A DNA stretch of 64,000 nt from Myxococcota bacterium (lineage in GTDB: Bacteria > Myxococcota_A > UBA9160 > UBA4427). The stretch spans positions 5,152,001 to 5,216,000 of the forward strand of contig OZ252299.1 in NCBI GenBank assembly GCA_965250285.1. The letters are read 5' to 3'. Under the pieces are notes generated by a model. That model was not told the DNA's origin. It did no database searches and saw only the letters and a list, made by a program, of their open reading frames with translations. Position numbers and translations under genes: made by a program. Positions within the stretch are counted from its first letter, which is position 1, and each line of letters begins with the position of its first letter. Shown here in pieces: positions 48,327-58,798 of this stretch.

Positions 48327-49307
48327 TTGAAGCCCATGCGCCCGTCGTGGCAGACTCAGCGCGCCTTGAGCTCACCCACCGTAGACAGCCTCGAACCGAC
48401 GGCCTCTGCTGAGACCGCAGACCGGGTCGCGCGATGCCTCGTATGTGGGTCGACGCGAACCGAGCAGCGCTACCAGATCACGCGCTTCAAAGTGATGGGC
48501 TGCCTCGACTGCGAGCAGATCTTTCTGCACCCGCTCCCGAGCGAAGCCGAGATCGTCGACCTCTTTCGCCAGCTCTACACGAACGGCGAAGGGTCGGTGC
48601 CCGAGCTCAAGGAGTACTACCAGTTCACGTATCACGACGAGCCCGAGAATCCGCTCGTTCAGCAGTACGAACGACACCTCGAACTGATCGAGCGGCACCG
48701 TGCGCCGGGCCGATTGCTCGACCTCGGCTGCGGGACCGGGCTCTTCCTCGCCGTCGCACGCCGACGCGGCTGGGAGTGTTTCGGCGTGGACGAGAGCCGT
48801 GAGGCGACCGACTGGGCGCGCGATCACTTCGGACTCGATCCATGGGTCGGCGCGTTCGAGTCATTCGCGGGCGAGGGCCGCACCTTCGACGTGATCTCGG
48901 GCTGGGACATCATCGAGCACAGCCGCGACCCCGTCGCCCTGCTCGAGGTGGCGCGCGAGTGTCTCGCGCCGGGTGGCTTCGTTGCGCTGTCGACACCCAA
49001 TCAGCGTTCGATGCTCGATCTCGTCGCGGGCGCGATGTACCGATTGAGTGCGGGGCGCGTGACGGGCCCGCTCGAGAAGTTCTACATCGAGCAACACTTC
49101 CTCTATTTCACGCCCGACAGCTTTCGCGACTGCCTCGAGCGCGCCGGGCTCGAGATCGTTCAGCTCGACCTCGAGCAGACCGATCTACGGCGACTTCACA
49201 TGAACCCGATCGTCAAGCTCGGTCTGCACGGCCTCTTCGCCGTGGGGCGGATGATCCGTCGCCAGAATCGACTCTTCGTCGTGGCGCGAGCTCGCGCGAA
49301 GGCCTGA
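48327..49307 (+). CDS. Class I SAM-dependent methyltransferase with Zn-ribbon
   Basis: CLVC...CLDC, LLDLGCGTG, DIIEH..DP, LAPGG; start uncertain. Confidence 0.9.
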   Translation: MKPMRPSWQTQRALSSPTVDSLEPTASAETADRVARCLVCGSTRTEQRYQITRFKVMGCLDCEQIFLHPLPSEAEIVDLFRQLYTNGEGSVPELKEYYQFTYHDEPENPLVQQYERHLELIERHRAPGRLLDLGCGTGLFLAVARRRGWECFGVDESREATDWARDHFGLDPWVGAFESFAGEGRTFDVISGWDIIEHSRDPVALLEVARECLAPGGFVALSTPNQRSMLDLVAGAMYRLSAGRVTGPLEKFYIEQHFLYFTPDSFRDCLERAGLEIVQLDLEQTDLRRLHMNPIVKLGLHGLFAVGRMIRRQNRLFVVARARAKA

Positions 49308-49527
49308 CCGTGACCCGTGACGGCGCCGTCGCTCTCGTCACTCTGGTTGACCGGAAGACGGCCGGCAGACGAGACGCAAGTGCGCCCGCGGGCGCGGCGG
49401 TACGCTTGAACGCGCGTCGCTGAAGCTGGTAGTCTGGCCCGTCTTGATTCGCGCCCGTGGGCCGGGCCCGATTCGCACACCTGGGACGGACGGCAACCCG
49501 AAGTCGCTCGGTCGAGCCACCCCAGCC

Positions 49528-50319
49528 ATGAGGTCGTTCCCCGCATTGTCCGACGCGCTCGACTCCGAATCGCGGATCCTGGTGATCCTGCCGACGTACA
49601 ACGAGATCGAGAACGTGCTCGATCTGAGTCGGGACGTGCTCGAGCAGGATGCCCGCATCGACGTGCTCGTCGTCGACGATGCGAGCCCCGACGGCACGGG
49701 CGATGCGGTCGCGCAGGCGATGGAGTCGCAGCCCCGCCTGCATCTCTTGCGGCGCGAGGGCAAGCTCGGTCTCGGGACCGCCTATCTCGCGGGCTTTCGT
49801 TACGGGCTCGATCGTGGCTATGACGCGATCTTCACGATGGACTGCGACTACAGCCACCATCCCAAGTATCTACCGGCGTTGATCGAGCTGCTCGGTGCGC
49901 ACGATCTCGTCATCGGGTCGCGCTACGTGCCGGGCGGCGGGGTCGCGAACTGGCCGTGGCATCGGCGCGCGCTGTCGCGCTTCGCCAACTTCTATGCGCG
50001 GACGCTGCTTCGGCTGCCGATCAACGACTGTACGGCGGGCTTTCGTGGTTATCGACGCAAGGTGCTCGAGACGGTCGATCCCTTCGCGATTCGCTCTCAG
50101 GGGTACTCGTTTCTCGAAGAGATGGCGAGCCGCGTCGTGCGATGTCATTTCACCGTGGGCGAGGTCCCGATCATCTTCGTCGATCGCCGGCTCGGCGTTT
50201 CGAAGATCGAGTCGCGCGAGATCTACCTGGCGGCTTGGTATGTGCTCGTGACGGCGCTGCGACCGCCGCCGATCCGAAGCCTCGAGCCGAGCCGCAACGG
50301 CGGATCGGCCGCGCCCTGA
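49528..50319 (+). CDS. Polyprenol-phosphate sugar (mannose-type) synthase, GT2
   Basis: ILPTYNE, VVDDASPDGT, KLGLGTAY, MDCDYSH, GSRYVPGG. Confidence 0.92.
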   Translation: MRSFPALSDALDSESRILVILPTYNEIENVLDLSRDVLEQDARIDVLVVDDASPDGTGDAVAQAMESQPRLHLLRREGKLGLGTAYLAGFRYGLDRGYDAIFTMDCDYSHHPKYLPALIELLGAHDLVIGSRYVPGGGVANWPWHRRALSRFANFYARTLLRLPINDCTAGFRGYRRKVLETVDPFAIRSQGYSFLEEMASRVVRCHFTVGEVPIIFVDRRLGVSKIESREIYLAAWYVLVTALRPPPIRSLEPSRNGGSAAP

Positions 50320-50360
50320 GCAGCGCGCGCCCGGGCCGGGCCGCGGCGCAGCCTCTCCCA

Positions 50361-51767
50361 TCAGAATTGGAAGTAGATGAACTCGCCGCCGGCACCCGCG
50401 ACCATGATCGCGACGCCGAGGATGAGACCGAACACGATGCCCTCGAGGGCGGCCCCTGCCGGCGCGCGCGCGAGCCGCGCACGCATCGACGGCGCGCGCA
50501 GGCGCAATGCTCGCTCGACGAAGTGGAGCGCGACGCAGACGACGACGACGCTCGTCTGAAAGACGGGCCAGCCGATCGTGTTGCCGCTCGTGCACATGAG
50601 CCGGATGTAGTCGATTGCGCCGCTGAACGTCTCTGCCCGGAAGAAGACCCAGATCAAGCACACGACTTGGAAGAGCACGGCGCTCTTCAGCACATCGCGC
50701 CAACCGTACGGCGCATCCTCGGGCATCGCGGGCTTGCCGAAGCGGCGGTGCGCGATGAGGATCGCACCATGCAGACCGCCCCAGACGACGAAGTTCCAGC
50801 TGGCGCCGTGCCAGAGCCCGCCGAGCAACATCGTGATCGCGAGGTTGCGATAGGTGAGAAACGCCCCGCCGCGATTGCCGCCGAGCGGGATATAGAGGTA
50901 GTCCTGCAGCCATCGCGACAACGTGATGTGCCAGCGGCGCCAGAACTCCGAGGGATTGCGTGAGAGGTAGGGCTCCTTGAAGTTGAGGGGCAGCTCGAAG
51001 CCCATGAGCAGCGCCATGCCGCGCGCCATATCGGTGTAGCCCGAGAAGTCGTAGTAGATCTGGAACGCGAAGCTGTAGAGCGCGATCAGCAGAAACGGCG
51101 TCGACGCGACGAGGTCGGGACCGAAGTTCTCATCGACGAACCCGGAGAGCAGGAAGTCGGCGAGGACCACCTTCTTGAGCAGGCCCGTGGCGATCAGCCA
51201 CAAGCCTCGTCGGGTGCGGTCGAAGGTCATGTCGCCGCCGCGTTCGAGCTGGGGGAGGAACTCGTGGCCGCGCAGGATCGGGCCGGCGATCAGCTGTGGA
51301 AAGAACGAGATGAAGAGCAGATAGCGACGGAAGCTCATCACCGGCTCGATCTGACCACGGTACGTGTCGATCGTGAGCGCGAGCAGCTGGAAGCTGTAGA
51401 ACGAGATGCCGAGCGGAAGGAAGATCTCGGGCACGGGCGGCTCGAAGCCGAACACGCCCCCCATGACCGGCGCGACCGTGGTGATCGCCATCGTGGCGTA
51501 TTTGAAGAAGCCGAGGAGACCCAGCGTGAAGACGATCGACGCGATGAGCCACGCCCGAGGGCGATCGCTGCGCACCATGCGCTGCAAGAAAAGCCAGTTG
51601 ACGGCGACGTCGCCGAGCAGCAGAAGGATGTATGCCGGCAGCCACATCGTGTAGAACACGAGGCTCGCCGCGAGCAGCACCGCGTTGCGATGAGGCCGCG
51701 GCGTCAGGCGGTACGCCGTCAGGACGACGACGAAGAAGACGAAGAACGGCAGGGTGTTGAAGAGCAC
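50361..51767 (-). CDS. MBOAT-family O-acyltransferase (AlgI/DltB-like)
   Basis: LPLGISFYSFQ, FFPQLIAGPI, QIYYDFSGYTDMA, FWRRWHITLS, GLWHGA, FIYFQF end. Confidence 0.95.
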   Translation of the reverse strand: MLFNTLPFFVFFVVVLTAYRLTPRPHRNAVLLAASLVFYTMWLPAYILLLLGDVAVNWLFLQRMVRSDRPRAWLIASIVFTLGLLGFFKYATMAITTVAPVMGGVFGFEPPVPEIFLPLGISFYSFQLLALTIDTYRGQIEPVMSFRRYLLFISFFPQLIAGPILRGHEFLPQLERGGDMTFDRTRRGLWLIATGLLKKVVLADFLLSGFVDENFGPDLVASTPFLLIALYSFAFQIYYDFSGYTDMARGMALLMGFELPLNFKEPYLSRNPSEFWRRWHITLSRWLQDYLYIPLGGNRGGAFLTYRNLAITMLLGGLWHGASWNFVVWGGLHGAILIAHRRFGKPAMPEDAPYGWRDVLKSAVLFQVVCLIWVFFRAETFSGAIDYIRLMCTSGNTIGWPVFQTSVVVVCVALHFVERALRLRAPSMRARLARAPAGAALEGIVFGLILGVAIMVAGAGGEFIYFQF

Positions 51768-52966
51768 TAGCTCGACCCCGCTCGCTGATCCGACGCGGCC
51801 GACGCCCTGCGCCGCAGCAGGATCTCGCGCGCGGCCTCGGCGATCGGCAGGGCGACCCGTCGCGGCACCGTCTGCGTCTCGTCCTCGACGAAGTGCCCCG
51901 GCGGGTCGCGAAACTCGGCGTCGCCCAGCAGATCGTGCAGATCGAGAAAGTGACCTCCACTCGTCGCCACCGCCGCCCGGATCAGGTCGATCGTGCGTTG
52001 CAAGCCGACCGTGTTGAGAATGCCGAGCTCTCGCAAATGCTCGATGTTCGTTGGATTGAGGTAGACGAGCACATCCGTGCCGCTTTCGGTGAGCGCACGA
52101 ATGCCCGAACCGAGCAGGGCCAGCTTCGCGTGGTCTTCATCGAGCCCTTCGAGGGTCGTCTCGAAGTGGATGCGCTCACCGTAGGCCGAGTAGCGGGGAG
52201 GTCTGGAGTTCGGGAGGACGTGCCGGACGAGATAACCCTGGCCGCGCATCGTCCGGGCCCGAGCCTCGGGCTTGCGCCCTCGGTTGGGGTTGAGCCGGTC
52301 TTCGGCCAGCTCGACGAGGTGAGCGAACCGCAGCTGGCTCGTCCGGACCGACCCGTGAAGATCGTGCAGGCCGATCTGGACGATGGCCTGATGCAACAGC
52401 AGGTCGGCGAGGCTGAGGCGGAACACCTCGATCGGCATCGAGAGGATCTCGGGCAGGCGATCGCCATCGACGAAGCCGACCAGCTCGGGCGGGCCATTCC
52501 TTGCCGTCCATCGATCGGTGAACTGAAAGAACGAGAGCTGCCAGATGACGAGGTCGGGTTCGTACGCGGCCACGCGGTCCGCCAGGAACGCGTACTGCAA
52601 GATGCCGGCACCTGGAGCCGACGCGTTGATCATCTTGACCTTCGGCTCCCTTGCGAGGCGACCGATCTGCTTCGCGGTGAGGGCGGGGAGCGCGAGGCCC
52701 TGCTCATAGCTCGCGACGGTCGAATCACCAAAGAAGACGATCGAGGCGCGTTCGCCGACGCGCCCCCGCGCGAGCGCACGACCGACGGCCTCATCGATGA
52801 TGTCGAATCGGTGCCCCTGCCAGCTGACGTCGTCGGGATAGAGGGCCCCGGCGGCGCGGTCCAGCGCAAACCACGTGCCGATGGCCGCGACGAAGGCAAT
52901 CGGCCAGAAGGCGATGTGCCAGCGCTTCGAGCCGCGGGAGCCAGCGTTGCCAGGGTGCGAGCTCAA
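51767..52966 (-). CDS. SGNH-hydrolase-like (AlgJ/DltD-like) partner of MBOAT
   Basis: N-terminal TM, VFFGDST (GDS), C-terminal FRDPPGH; TTG start overlapping upstream TGA. Confidence 0.7.
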   Translation of the reverse strand: MSSHPGNAGSRGSKRWHIAFWPIAFVAAIGTWFALDRAAGALYPDDVSWQGHRFDIIDEAVGRALARGRVGERASIVFFGDSTVASYEQGLALPALTAKQIGRLAREPKVKMINASAPGAGILQYAFLADRVAAYEPDLVIWQLSFFQFTDRWTARNGPPELVGFVDGDRLPEILSMPIEVFRLSLADLLLHQAIVQIGLHDLHGSVRTSQLRFAHLVELAEDRLNPNRGRKPEARARTMRGQGYLVRHVLPNSRPPRYSAYGERIHFETTLEGLDEDHAKLALLGSGIRALTESGTDVLVYLNPTNIEHLRELGILNTVGLQRTIDLIRAAVATSGGHFLDLHDLLGDAEFRDPPGHFVEDETQTVPRRVALPIAEAAREILLRRRASAASDQRAGSS

Positions 52967-55140
52967 CCGTCGTCTCCGGGGACGATTCGCACGTCGCGAT
53001 AGACCTGCGAGAACCCCTTGAAGTCGAGCGGATGCACGCGCACCGACCCCTGGAGCTTCGTGCGGAAGACGAGGTCGATCGACTGGCCCGCCCAGGGCGC
53101 GAGGTCGATGGCGAGGCGTCGGTATGGAAGCTGCGGGCCGCCGCCCTTCTTGACGGCGACGCGGAAACGTTCGCGAGCGACCTCGGTCATGCCGGTCGCG
53201 TCTTCGATCGACACCGTGGCGTCGAGGGTCGTACCCCGGCTGACCTCGAACGGAGGCCGATAGCCGACTTCGAGGAGAAGCTCTCCACCGGCATCGGGTA
53301 CGCGCACGCGGCATCGCGTCTCGCGCCCTTCGGCCGGCATCTCGAACCGATCCCGAGACTTGTGGTAGAGGGCCGAGAAGAGCAGGTGGCGGCGCACTTC
53401 GATCTCTCGCGGTGAGGCTTGCTGCGTGTCGCAGTCGGCGAGGGCGTTGATCGAGGCGCGTCTCGGCACGCGCTCGCGCCGTTTCTCGAGCACGATGTAG
53501 TCGTCGTTGCCACCGAGGGCGGCACGCCGGAAAGTGGTCGCGAGGTAGTCGGCCAGCACCGGCGCATAGTCGGCGAGACCCCGGCGGTCGCTGAAGAAGT
53601 TGTTGTAGCGGGTCAGCGCCATGCGGACCCCGGATGCCTCGGCGCCGTCCACGACGCTCTGCCCTCCGTCGAACGCGATGTGGTGCTCGTAGAGGTTGTA
53701 GAACGCGCTCGGCATGGGCCGGTCGGTCAGGAAGTTCACCATGGCGAGGTCGGGCACGGTCAGCAGCGCCTCGCCCTGCTCGGTCCGCCCTTCGACCGCG
53801 CGGATCATGTAGCCGAGGTTCTCGGCCTCGAGCCGCCCGATCTTCACGCCACCGCGCGCGCCGCCGATCTCGATGACGAGCTGAGTGCGCAGCGCATTCC
53901 ACCAATAGAGGCCCACCCCGGTGTAGAGCAGCGCCAGGACCGTCACGAGCACAGTCAGCGCACGCGCAGTGCCAGACGACAAGACCTCGAGGCGCCGGAT
54001 GCCAGCGGGCACCACGAAGGCCCCGGCGACGATCACCGTTTGATAGACGTTCACGAGGTGGTTGAAGTCGGCGCGTGGGAAGAGCCCGAGATACACCGCG
54101 CCGCAGACCGCCGTGACCGTGAAGAGCACCGGCTCGATGCGGCGCTCGGCGAGGCGCAGTGAGAGCAGCAGGCCACCGACGAAGATCGGGAGCGGGATCC
54201 AGTAGAGCAGGACGTGCATGCGCTGGACACCCCGGAAGGCCTGCAGCGGGGCGATCGGCGGCGAGTTCAGCTTCGCGTATGCGAGATAGGTGAGGCGCTC
54301 GACGCCGTCGGTGTAGAGGTCGGGGTCGAAGAGCGACGAGAACGATGCGACCGGGATGTCGTGGGCGCCGGCGAACTCGAAGGGATGCACGACGAGGCTC
54401 TGCCACGCTGCGGGGAACGCGCCCGTGGCGAGCAGGTAGATCAGCACCGGTGCGCCCGCGGTGACGACGCCCGACGCGGTGATCGCCACGGGGATGGCGA
54501 CGTCGCGCCGCGCGTCGAGCTCGCCCGCGCGGCTGCGTTCGAAGCACATCGCGGCGAAGCCGAGCAGCGCGCCGAGTAGCGCGAACACGCCGTAGTTCTG
54601 CTTGAAGACGATCGCGAAGCCGAGGAAGAGGCCACAGACGAAGAGCGCCCGCGGGCCCGACCCGTCCCACCACGCGAGCAGGCGCTCGAGCGCGATGATT
54701 GCGAAGAGCACGGAGAACGGAGAGTAGAAGGCAAACGTCCACGCGGGGAACGCCCAGGGTGTGAAGGCGACGATCAGCCCCGCCGCGATCAATCCGGCGC
54801 GCCTCGACACGTGTCGCGTGACCATGCGTTCGGTGCAGACGATGAGCACGAGCCAGGCCAGGAAGATCACGACGCGCGAGACGAAGACGCTCGGCCCGAA
54901 GAGCGCGAAGGCCCCGGCCAGCAGAAACCAGACGCCGGGCGCGACGAACGAGTCCATCTCGGCGTACAGCACCCGGCCCTGCAGCAGATCCCACGACTGG
55001 AGCAGCAGATAGCCTTCGTCGCTCAGCACCAGGGCCCGCGTGCAGAGCACCCAGCCGAACGCGGCGACGAGCGCCAGCAGCACGGCGTTGAGCCAGGCGG
55101 GTCGCGGTGCGTCGAGCCGATCGAATCCCGACGGCGTCAT
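52963..55140 (-). CDS. GT-C (ArnT/PMT-like) glycosyltransferase with C-terminal soluble domain
   Basis: SDEGY, FVAPG, FKQNY, many TMs; ATGA overlap with upstream gene. Confidence 0.8.
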   Translation of the reverse strand: MTPSGFDRLDAPRPAWLNAVLLALVAAFGWVLCTRALVLSDEGYLLLQSWDLLQGRVLYAEMDSFVAPGVWFLLAGAFALFGPSVFVSRVVIFLAWLVLIVCTERMVTRHVSRRAGLIAAGLIVAFTPWAFPAWTFAFYSPFSVLFAIIALERLLAWWDGSGPRALFVCGLFLGFAIVFKQNYGVFALLGALLGFAAMCFERSRAGELDARRDVAIPVAITASGVVTAGAPVLIYLLATGAFPAAWQSLVVHPFEFAGAHDIPVASFSSLFDPDLYTDGVERLTYLAYAKLNSPPIAPLQAFRGVQRMHVLLYWIPLPIFVGGLLLSLRLAERRIEPVLFTVTAVCGAVYLGLFPRADFNHLVNVYQTVIVAGAFVVPAGIRRLEVLSSGTARALTVLVTVLALLYTGVGLYWWNALRTQLVIEIGGARGGVKIGRLEAENLGYMIRAVEGRTEQGEALLTVPDLAMVNFLTDRPMPSAFYNLYEHHIAFDGGQSVVDGAEASGVRMALTRYNNFFSDRRGLADYAPVLADYLATTFRRAALGGNDDYIVLEKRRERVPRRASINALADCDTQQASPREIEVRRHLLFSALYHKSRDRFEMPAEGRETRCRVRVPDAGGELLLEVGYRPPFEVSRGTTLDATVSIEDATGMTEVARERFRVAVKKGGGPQLPYRRLAIDLAPWAGQSIDLVFRTKLQGSVRVHPLDFKGFSQVYRDVRIVPGDDG

Positions 55141-56855
55141 CGTGGTGCGCCGCCTGGCTTGCGCATCAGTCCGTACCACTCCGTGCCACCGCCTTGAAAC
55201 GTCTCGACGCGCACGAATCGGCTCTGCAGATACCGAGCAAGATCGGGGAAGAGCTGGGCGAAGGGCGGAAACTCGGGATACATCCGAGGATTGAACACCA
55301 CGCAGCGCACGCCGGCGTCCTCGAGCCCGCGCGCGATCCGCATGCCGTCGACGTTGCCCGGGATCACCAGATCGTGGGGCTGGGGTGTGGTGCGGCCGGT
55401 GAGGAAGTAGACCACCGGAATCTCGGGTGCGACGAACACGTCTTCGCCGGGTGGGGCGCAGCGCTCGATGAACTCGACCGCGCCGCCGATCAGGCCCGCC
55501 ATGCGGTCACTGACGTAGAGGTCGGCGCGTTCGAGTTCGAGCGGCGTCGGGTTTCGATCGATGACCTTGGTGATCGACTCGAAGCCCGCCGCGACCCAGG
55601 CGAACAGGACGAGTGTGGCGAACGTTGGCACCGCCAAGCGGCGCGATGCCGCGACGGGGGCATCGACCTGCCGCTGCGAGAGCCACGCATGTAGCCGGTG
55701 CCCGACGATCACGTAGAGCGGCAGCAGGGGGATCATCACGAAGGCGAGGTGCGACCAGATCGCCGAAGGGAAGATGCCTGGGAAGAAGACGATGCCGTAG
55801 ATCAGCACCGCACGGGTCGCACGCGCCGTAGCTTCGCTCGGCGCGAACCGATCGCGAATCGCGAGGGCGAAGGCGACGACGAGCAGCACGAGGGGCAAGC
55901 CGTAGCTGAGTCGGATCGCGAGGCTGCGTACGCCGGGCGTCGGCTTCACGCCGAGCACACGGCCGCCGTTCAGCATGTCGTCGAACATCGGCGGTGGGGT
56001 GTAGAGAAAGGTGAAGCGTCCGTCGTTCTCGGGGTGCGTGCCGAGGATCGGCGGGATCGGATTGTTGAAGTGCTCGACCTGCGAACCGCCGAGGGAGAGC
56101 AGCGTATGCTCGATCAGATCACCGAACGTACCCGTCGCGACGAAGCCCGCGATGACGAAGACGGTCGGGACGAGCCCGGCGAGCCCGACCGTCACGAAGA
56201 GTCGGCGCCACTCGGTGAAGCGGAACCCCGCGCTCCGGCCGCCGAGGATGCCGCCGACGAGGCACGCGATGAGGACCAATCCGCCGAAGTTCTGCTTCGT
56301 CAGCGCGGTCGCCGCGATGCACAGGCCCAGCCCGGCCGCATCGCGGGCGCGTTTCGTCTCGAGCGTGCGCAGCAGAAAGTAGAGCGCGCCCAGCCCCGCC
56401 ATCACCGCGAGCGTCGAGTAGTTGAGCATCGAGAGGATCGGGAACGCGATGGGGACGAAGGCCACGTAGGCGACCGGCGCGACCCACGCCCAGCGCTCGT
56501 CGGTGCACCGCGCCGTGATGCGCCAGAGCAGCACGGCCGTCAGCCCGTTCACGCACATGGCCGCGAACCGGGTGACCAGCAGATCCTCGCCGAAGACGCC
56601 GAAGAGCGAGTACGTGAGCAGGTAGATGCCCGGGAAGATGCCGGTGTGGATCTCGCTGTACAGATGTTTGCCCGCGTGCATCCACGAGGCTGCGGCCGCC
56701 AGATGGCCTTCGTCCATCGGGACGATCGTTCGGTGGGCGAGAGGCCACTGGACGATCGCGGCGACGACGAACAGGCCAATGCCCAGGGGCGCTGCGGACG
56801 ACGACGCAAGCGGCGGGAGAGATCCGCTGCTCGCCAGTGTGGACGTCTCGCGCAT
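55137..56855 (-). CDS. GT-C (ArnT/PMT-like) glycosyltransferase
   Basis: MDEGH, IFPG, TKQNF, many TMs. Confidence 0.8.
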   Translation of the reverse strand: MRETSTLASSGSLPPLASSSAAPLGIGLFVVAAIVQWPLAHRTIVPMDEGHLAAAASWMHAGKHLYSEIHTGIFPGIYLLTYSLFGVFGEDLLVTRFAAMCVNGLTAVLLWRITARCTDERWAWVAPVAYVAFVPIAFPILSMLNYSTLAVMAGLGALYFLLRTLETKRARDAAGLGLCIAATALTKQNFGGLVLIACLVGGILGGRSAGFRFTEWRRLFVTVGLAGLVPTVFVIAGFVATGTFGDLIEHTLLSLGGSQVEHFNNPIPPILGTHPENDGRFTFLYTPPPMFDDMLNGGRVLGVKPTPGVRSLAIRLSYGLPLVLLVVAFALAIRDRFAPSEATARATRAVLIYGIVFFPGIFPSAIWSHLAFVMIPLLPLYVIVGHRLHAWLSQRQVDAPVAASRRLAVPTFATLVLFAWVAAGFESITKVIDRNPTPLELERADLYVSDRMAGLIGGAVEFIERCAPPGEDVFVAPEIPVVYFLTGRTTPQPHDLVIPGNVDGMRIARGLEDAGVRCVVFNPRMYPEFPPFAQLFPDLARYLQSRFVRVETFQGGGTEWYGLMRKPGGAPR

Positions 56856-57105
56856 GGATGGAACGACCTCTCGGTGCCGCGATCTCGGCCTCTTCGGATC
56901 GCGCTCTCGACCCTGGGGACATCGGCGGAACCGATCGCGGAATCGAGCAGTCTAGACGATCGGGCGCCGGGATCGGGCGCCATTTCGCCTACCCTGTAGC
57001 GCGTGCAACACGCATCGCCGCGCACGCGCCCCGGCGAACGCAGCCTGCTTCGGAAGGCGCCCGCGGACCGGGCGCTCGCAGTGCGAGCACAGTGAGGATC
57101 TCCCC

Positions 57106-57936
57106 ATGCGCGTGGGTGTGGCCATCAGTCTCGGGCTCGTCGTCGGTCTGGCCGTGGGTGTGGGGCTCGGTCGCTCGGTGCTCGCCCCCGGCGGCGAGCC
57201 GACGCCTGCTGCGGAAGTGCTCGAGGTGGAACTCGAGCAGGAGCGATCGGCCGGCGCGGCGCTGCGCGAGCAGGTCGCGCGTCTCGAGGCCCAGGCGGCC
57301 CGCGTGGCGACGCCGCCGCCGGTCGCGCCGGCGCCGCAATCCGTCATCGACGCCGCCGAAGCGCGCCCCGAGCAGGCCGGCGACGACGCGCCGCCCGGCG
57401 ACGCCACACCCGGAGGCGCAGCGCAGGCCAACGCAGCGGGCAGTGGCTTTCAGGACGCGCGCCTCCTTGCGCTCGGCTTCCACCCGCGCGACGTCGAGCG
57501 CCTGCACGAGGCTTGGGAGACGCTCGAGCTCGATCGCCTCTACCTTCAGGACGAACGCGCCCGATCGACGACCCGCGACGGGCGCTTCTGGATGCGGATG
57601 CGTGAGCTCGAGCAGGCCACCCTCGAGGATCTGGGGGCCGTCGAGTACGACGCGATGCTCTATGCGGGAAACAGGCGCAACCGCGTGCGGGTCGACAGCG
57701 TGTTCGACGAGTCGCCTGCCGACGAGGCGGGTTTCGAGGCCGGCGACGAGATCCTCGAGTACGGCGAACGACCGCTCTACGGCATGCACGAGCTCAAGGC
57801 CGAGACGTCGCGGTGCGAGCTCGGCATGCAGATCCCCGTCACCGTGTTGCGCGACGGCAGCGAGCGGCGCATCTGGACGCCTTGCGGTCCGCTCGGGATG
57901 CAGCTGCAGATGGTGAACGCGCCGCCACGATCCTGA
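57106..57936 (+). CDS. Membrane-anchored PDZ-domain protein
   Basis: N-terminal TM, coiled coil, VDSVFDESPADEAGFEAGDEILEY...VTVLRDG PDZ. Confidence 0.85.
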   Translation: MRVGVAISLGLVVGLAVGVGLGRSVLAPGGEPTPAAEVLEVELEQERSAGAALREQVARLEAQAARVATPPPVAPAPQSVIDAAEARPEQAGDDAPPGDATPGGAAQANAAGSGFQDARLLALGFHPRDVERLHEAWETLELDRLYLQDERARSTTRDGRFWMRMRELEQATLEDLGAVEYDAMLYAGNRRNRVRVDSVFDESPADEAGFEAGDEILEYGERPLYGMHELKAETSRCELGMQIPVTVLRDGSERRIWTPCGPLGMQLQMVNAPPRS

Positions 57937-57955
57937 ACATCGTTCGTGTCGCTGT

Positions 57956-58750
57956 TCAGCGCCTCGCGTCGCGCGGATGCCGACACACGGCGAGCAGGTC
58001 GAGCACCCGATCGTTGGCCGGCACGATCGGGAAGTCGTCGACGCTGGCATCGGGCAGGCCGCTGCCCTCGGCGATCCCGCGGCGCACGACCACGGCGAAC
58101 ATCGCGAAGAGTCGGTCGATGAGCGCGCGCGGCAGGCGGCGGCGCAGGCGCAGTGGGTCGATGCGCACGATGCGACGGATGCGCTCGAGGCGCTCGTCGA
58201 AGTACTTCATCGTCTCGGGCGTCGCGCTGACACCGAGCATCTCGACCACTTCGAAGTGCGGCGAGATCAGGTCGCTGAGCTCGTCGGCGAGATACTCGCG
58301 TACGTGGAACGGGTTCTCTCGGTCGCTCTGCGCCAGGTTCGGCGTAGTGATGAGCGCGACTCCATCCGGCTTCGTCATCCGCGCGATCGATGCGAGGTAG
58401 GGGGCCGGGTCTTCGAGGTGCTCGATCACCTGAAAGCTGACGACCAGATCGAACGCGTTCGAAGCGAGGGGGATCGAGCCCGCGTCGGCGCGCAGGAAGC
58501 CGACGCGGGGGTGTCGTGCATCGCGATCGGGGCTGACGCGGTCGACGGCGAAGACCTCGAGGCCGGCCTCGGCCAGCTCGGCGGTGCCATAGCCGGTGCC
58601 CGAGCCGACCTCGAGCACCCGCGTTGCGCCCGCACTGCGCGCGCGCTCGATCGCGTACACGTAGGCGGCGCGATGGCGCGCGAGGTCGACGCCGAAGAGC
58701 TCGTTCTCGGCATGCAGCCGTTCGCCGGTGAAGGTGAGCTCTTCGCTCAT
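57956..58750 (-). CDS. Class I SAM-dependent methyltransferase
   Basis: FTGER start, VLEVGSGTGYG, SFQVIEHL, TTPN, NPFHVREY. Confidence 0.92.
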   Translation of the reverse strand: MSEELTFTGERLHAENELFGVDLARHRAAYVYAIERARSAGATRVLEVGSGTGYGTAELAEAGLEVFAVDRVSPDRDARHPRVGFLRADAGSIPLASNAFDLVVSFQVIEHLEDPAPYLASIARMTKPDGVALITTPNLAQSDRENPFHVREYLADELSDLISPHFEVVEMLGVSATPETMKYFDERLERIRRIVRIDPLRLRRRLPRALIDRLFAMFAVVVRRGIAEGSGLPDASVDDFPIVPANDRVLDLLAVCRHPRDARR

Positions 58751-58798
58751 CGCTCTCGTCGCTCCCCTCGGCCCCTGCGAGTCATGCGCACGTGCATG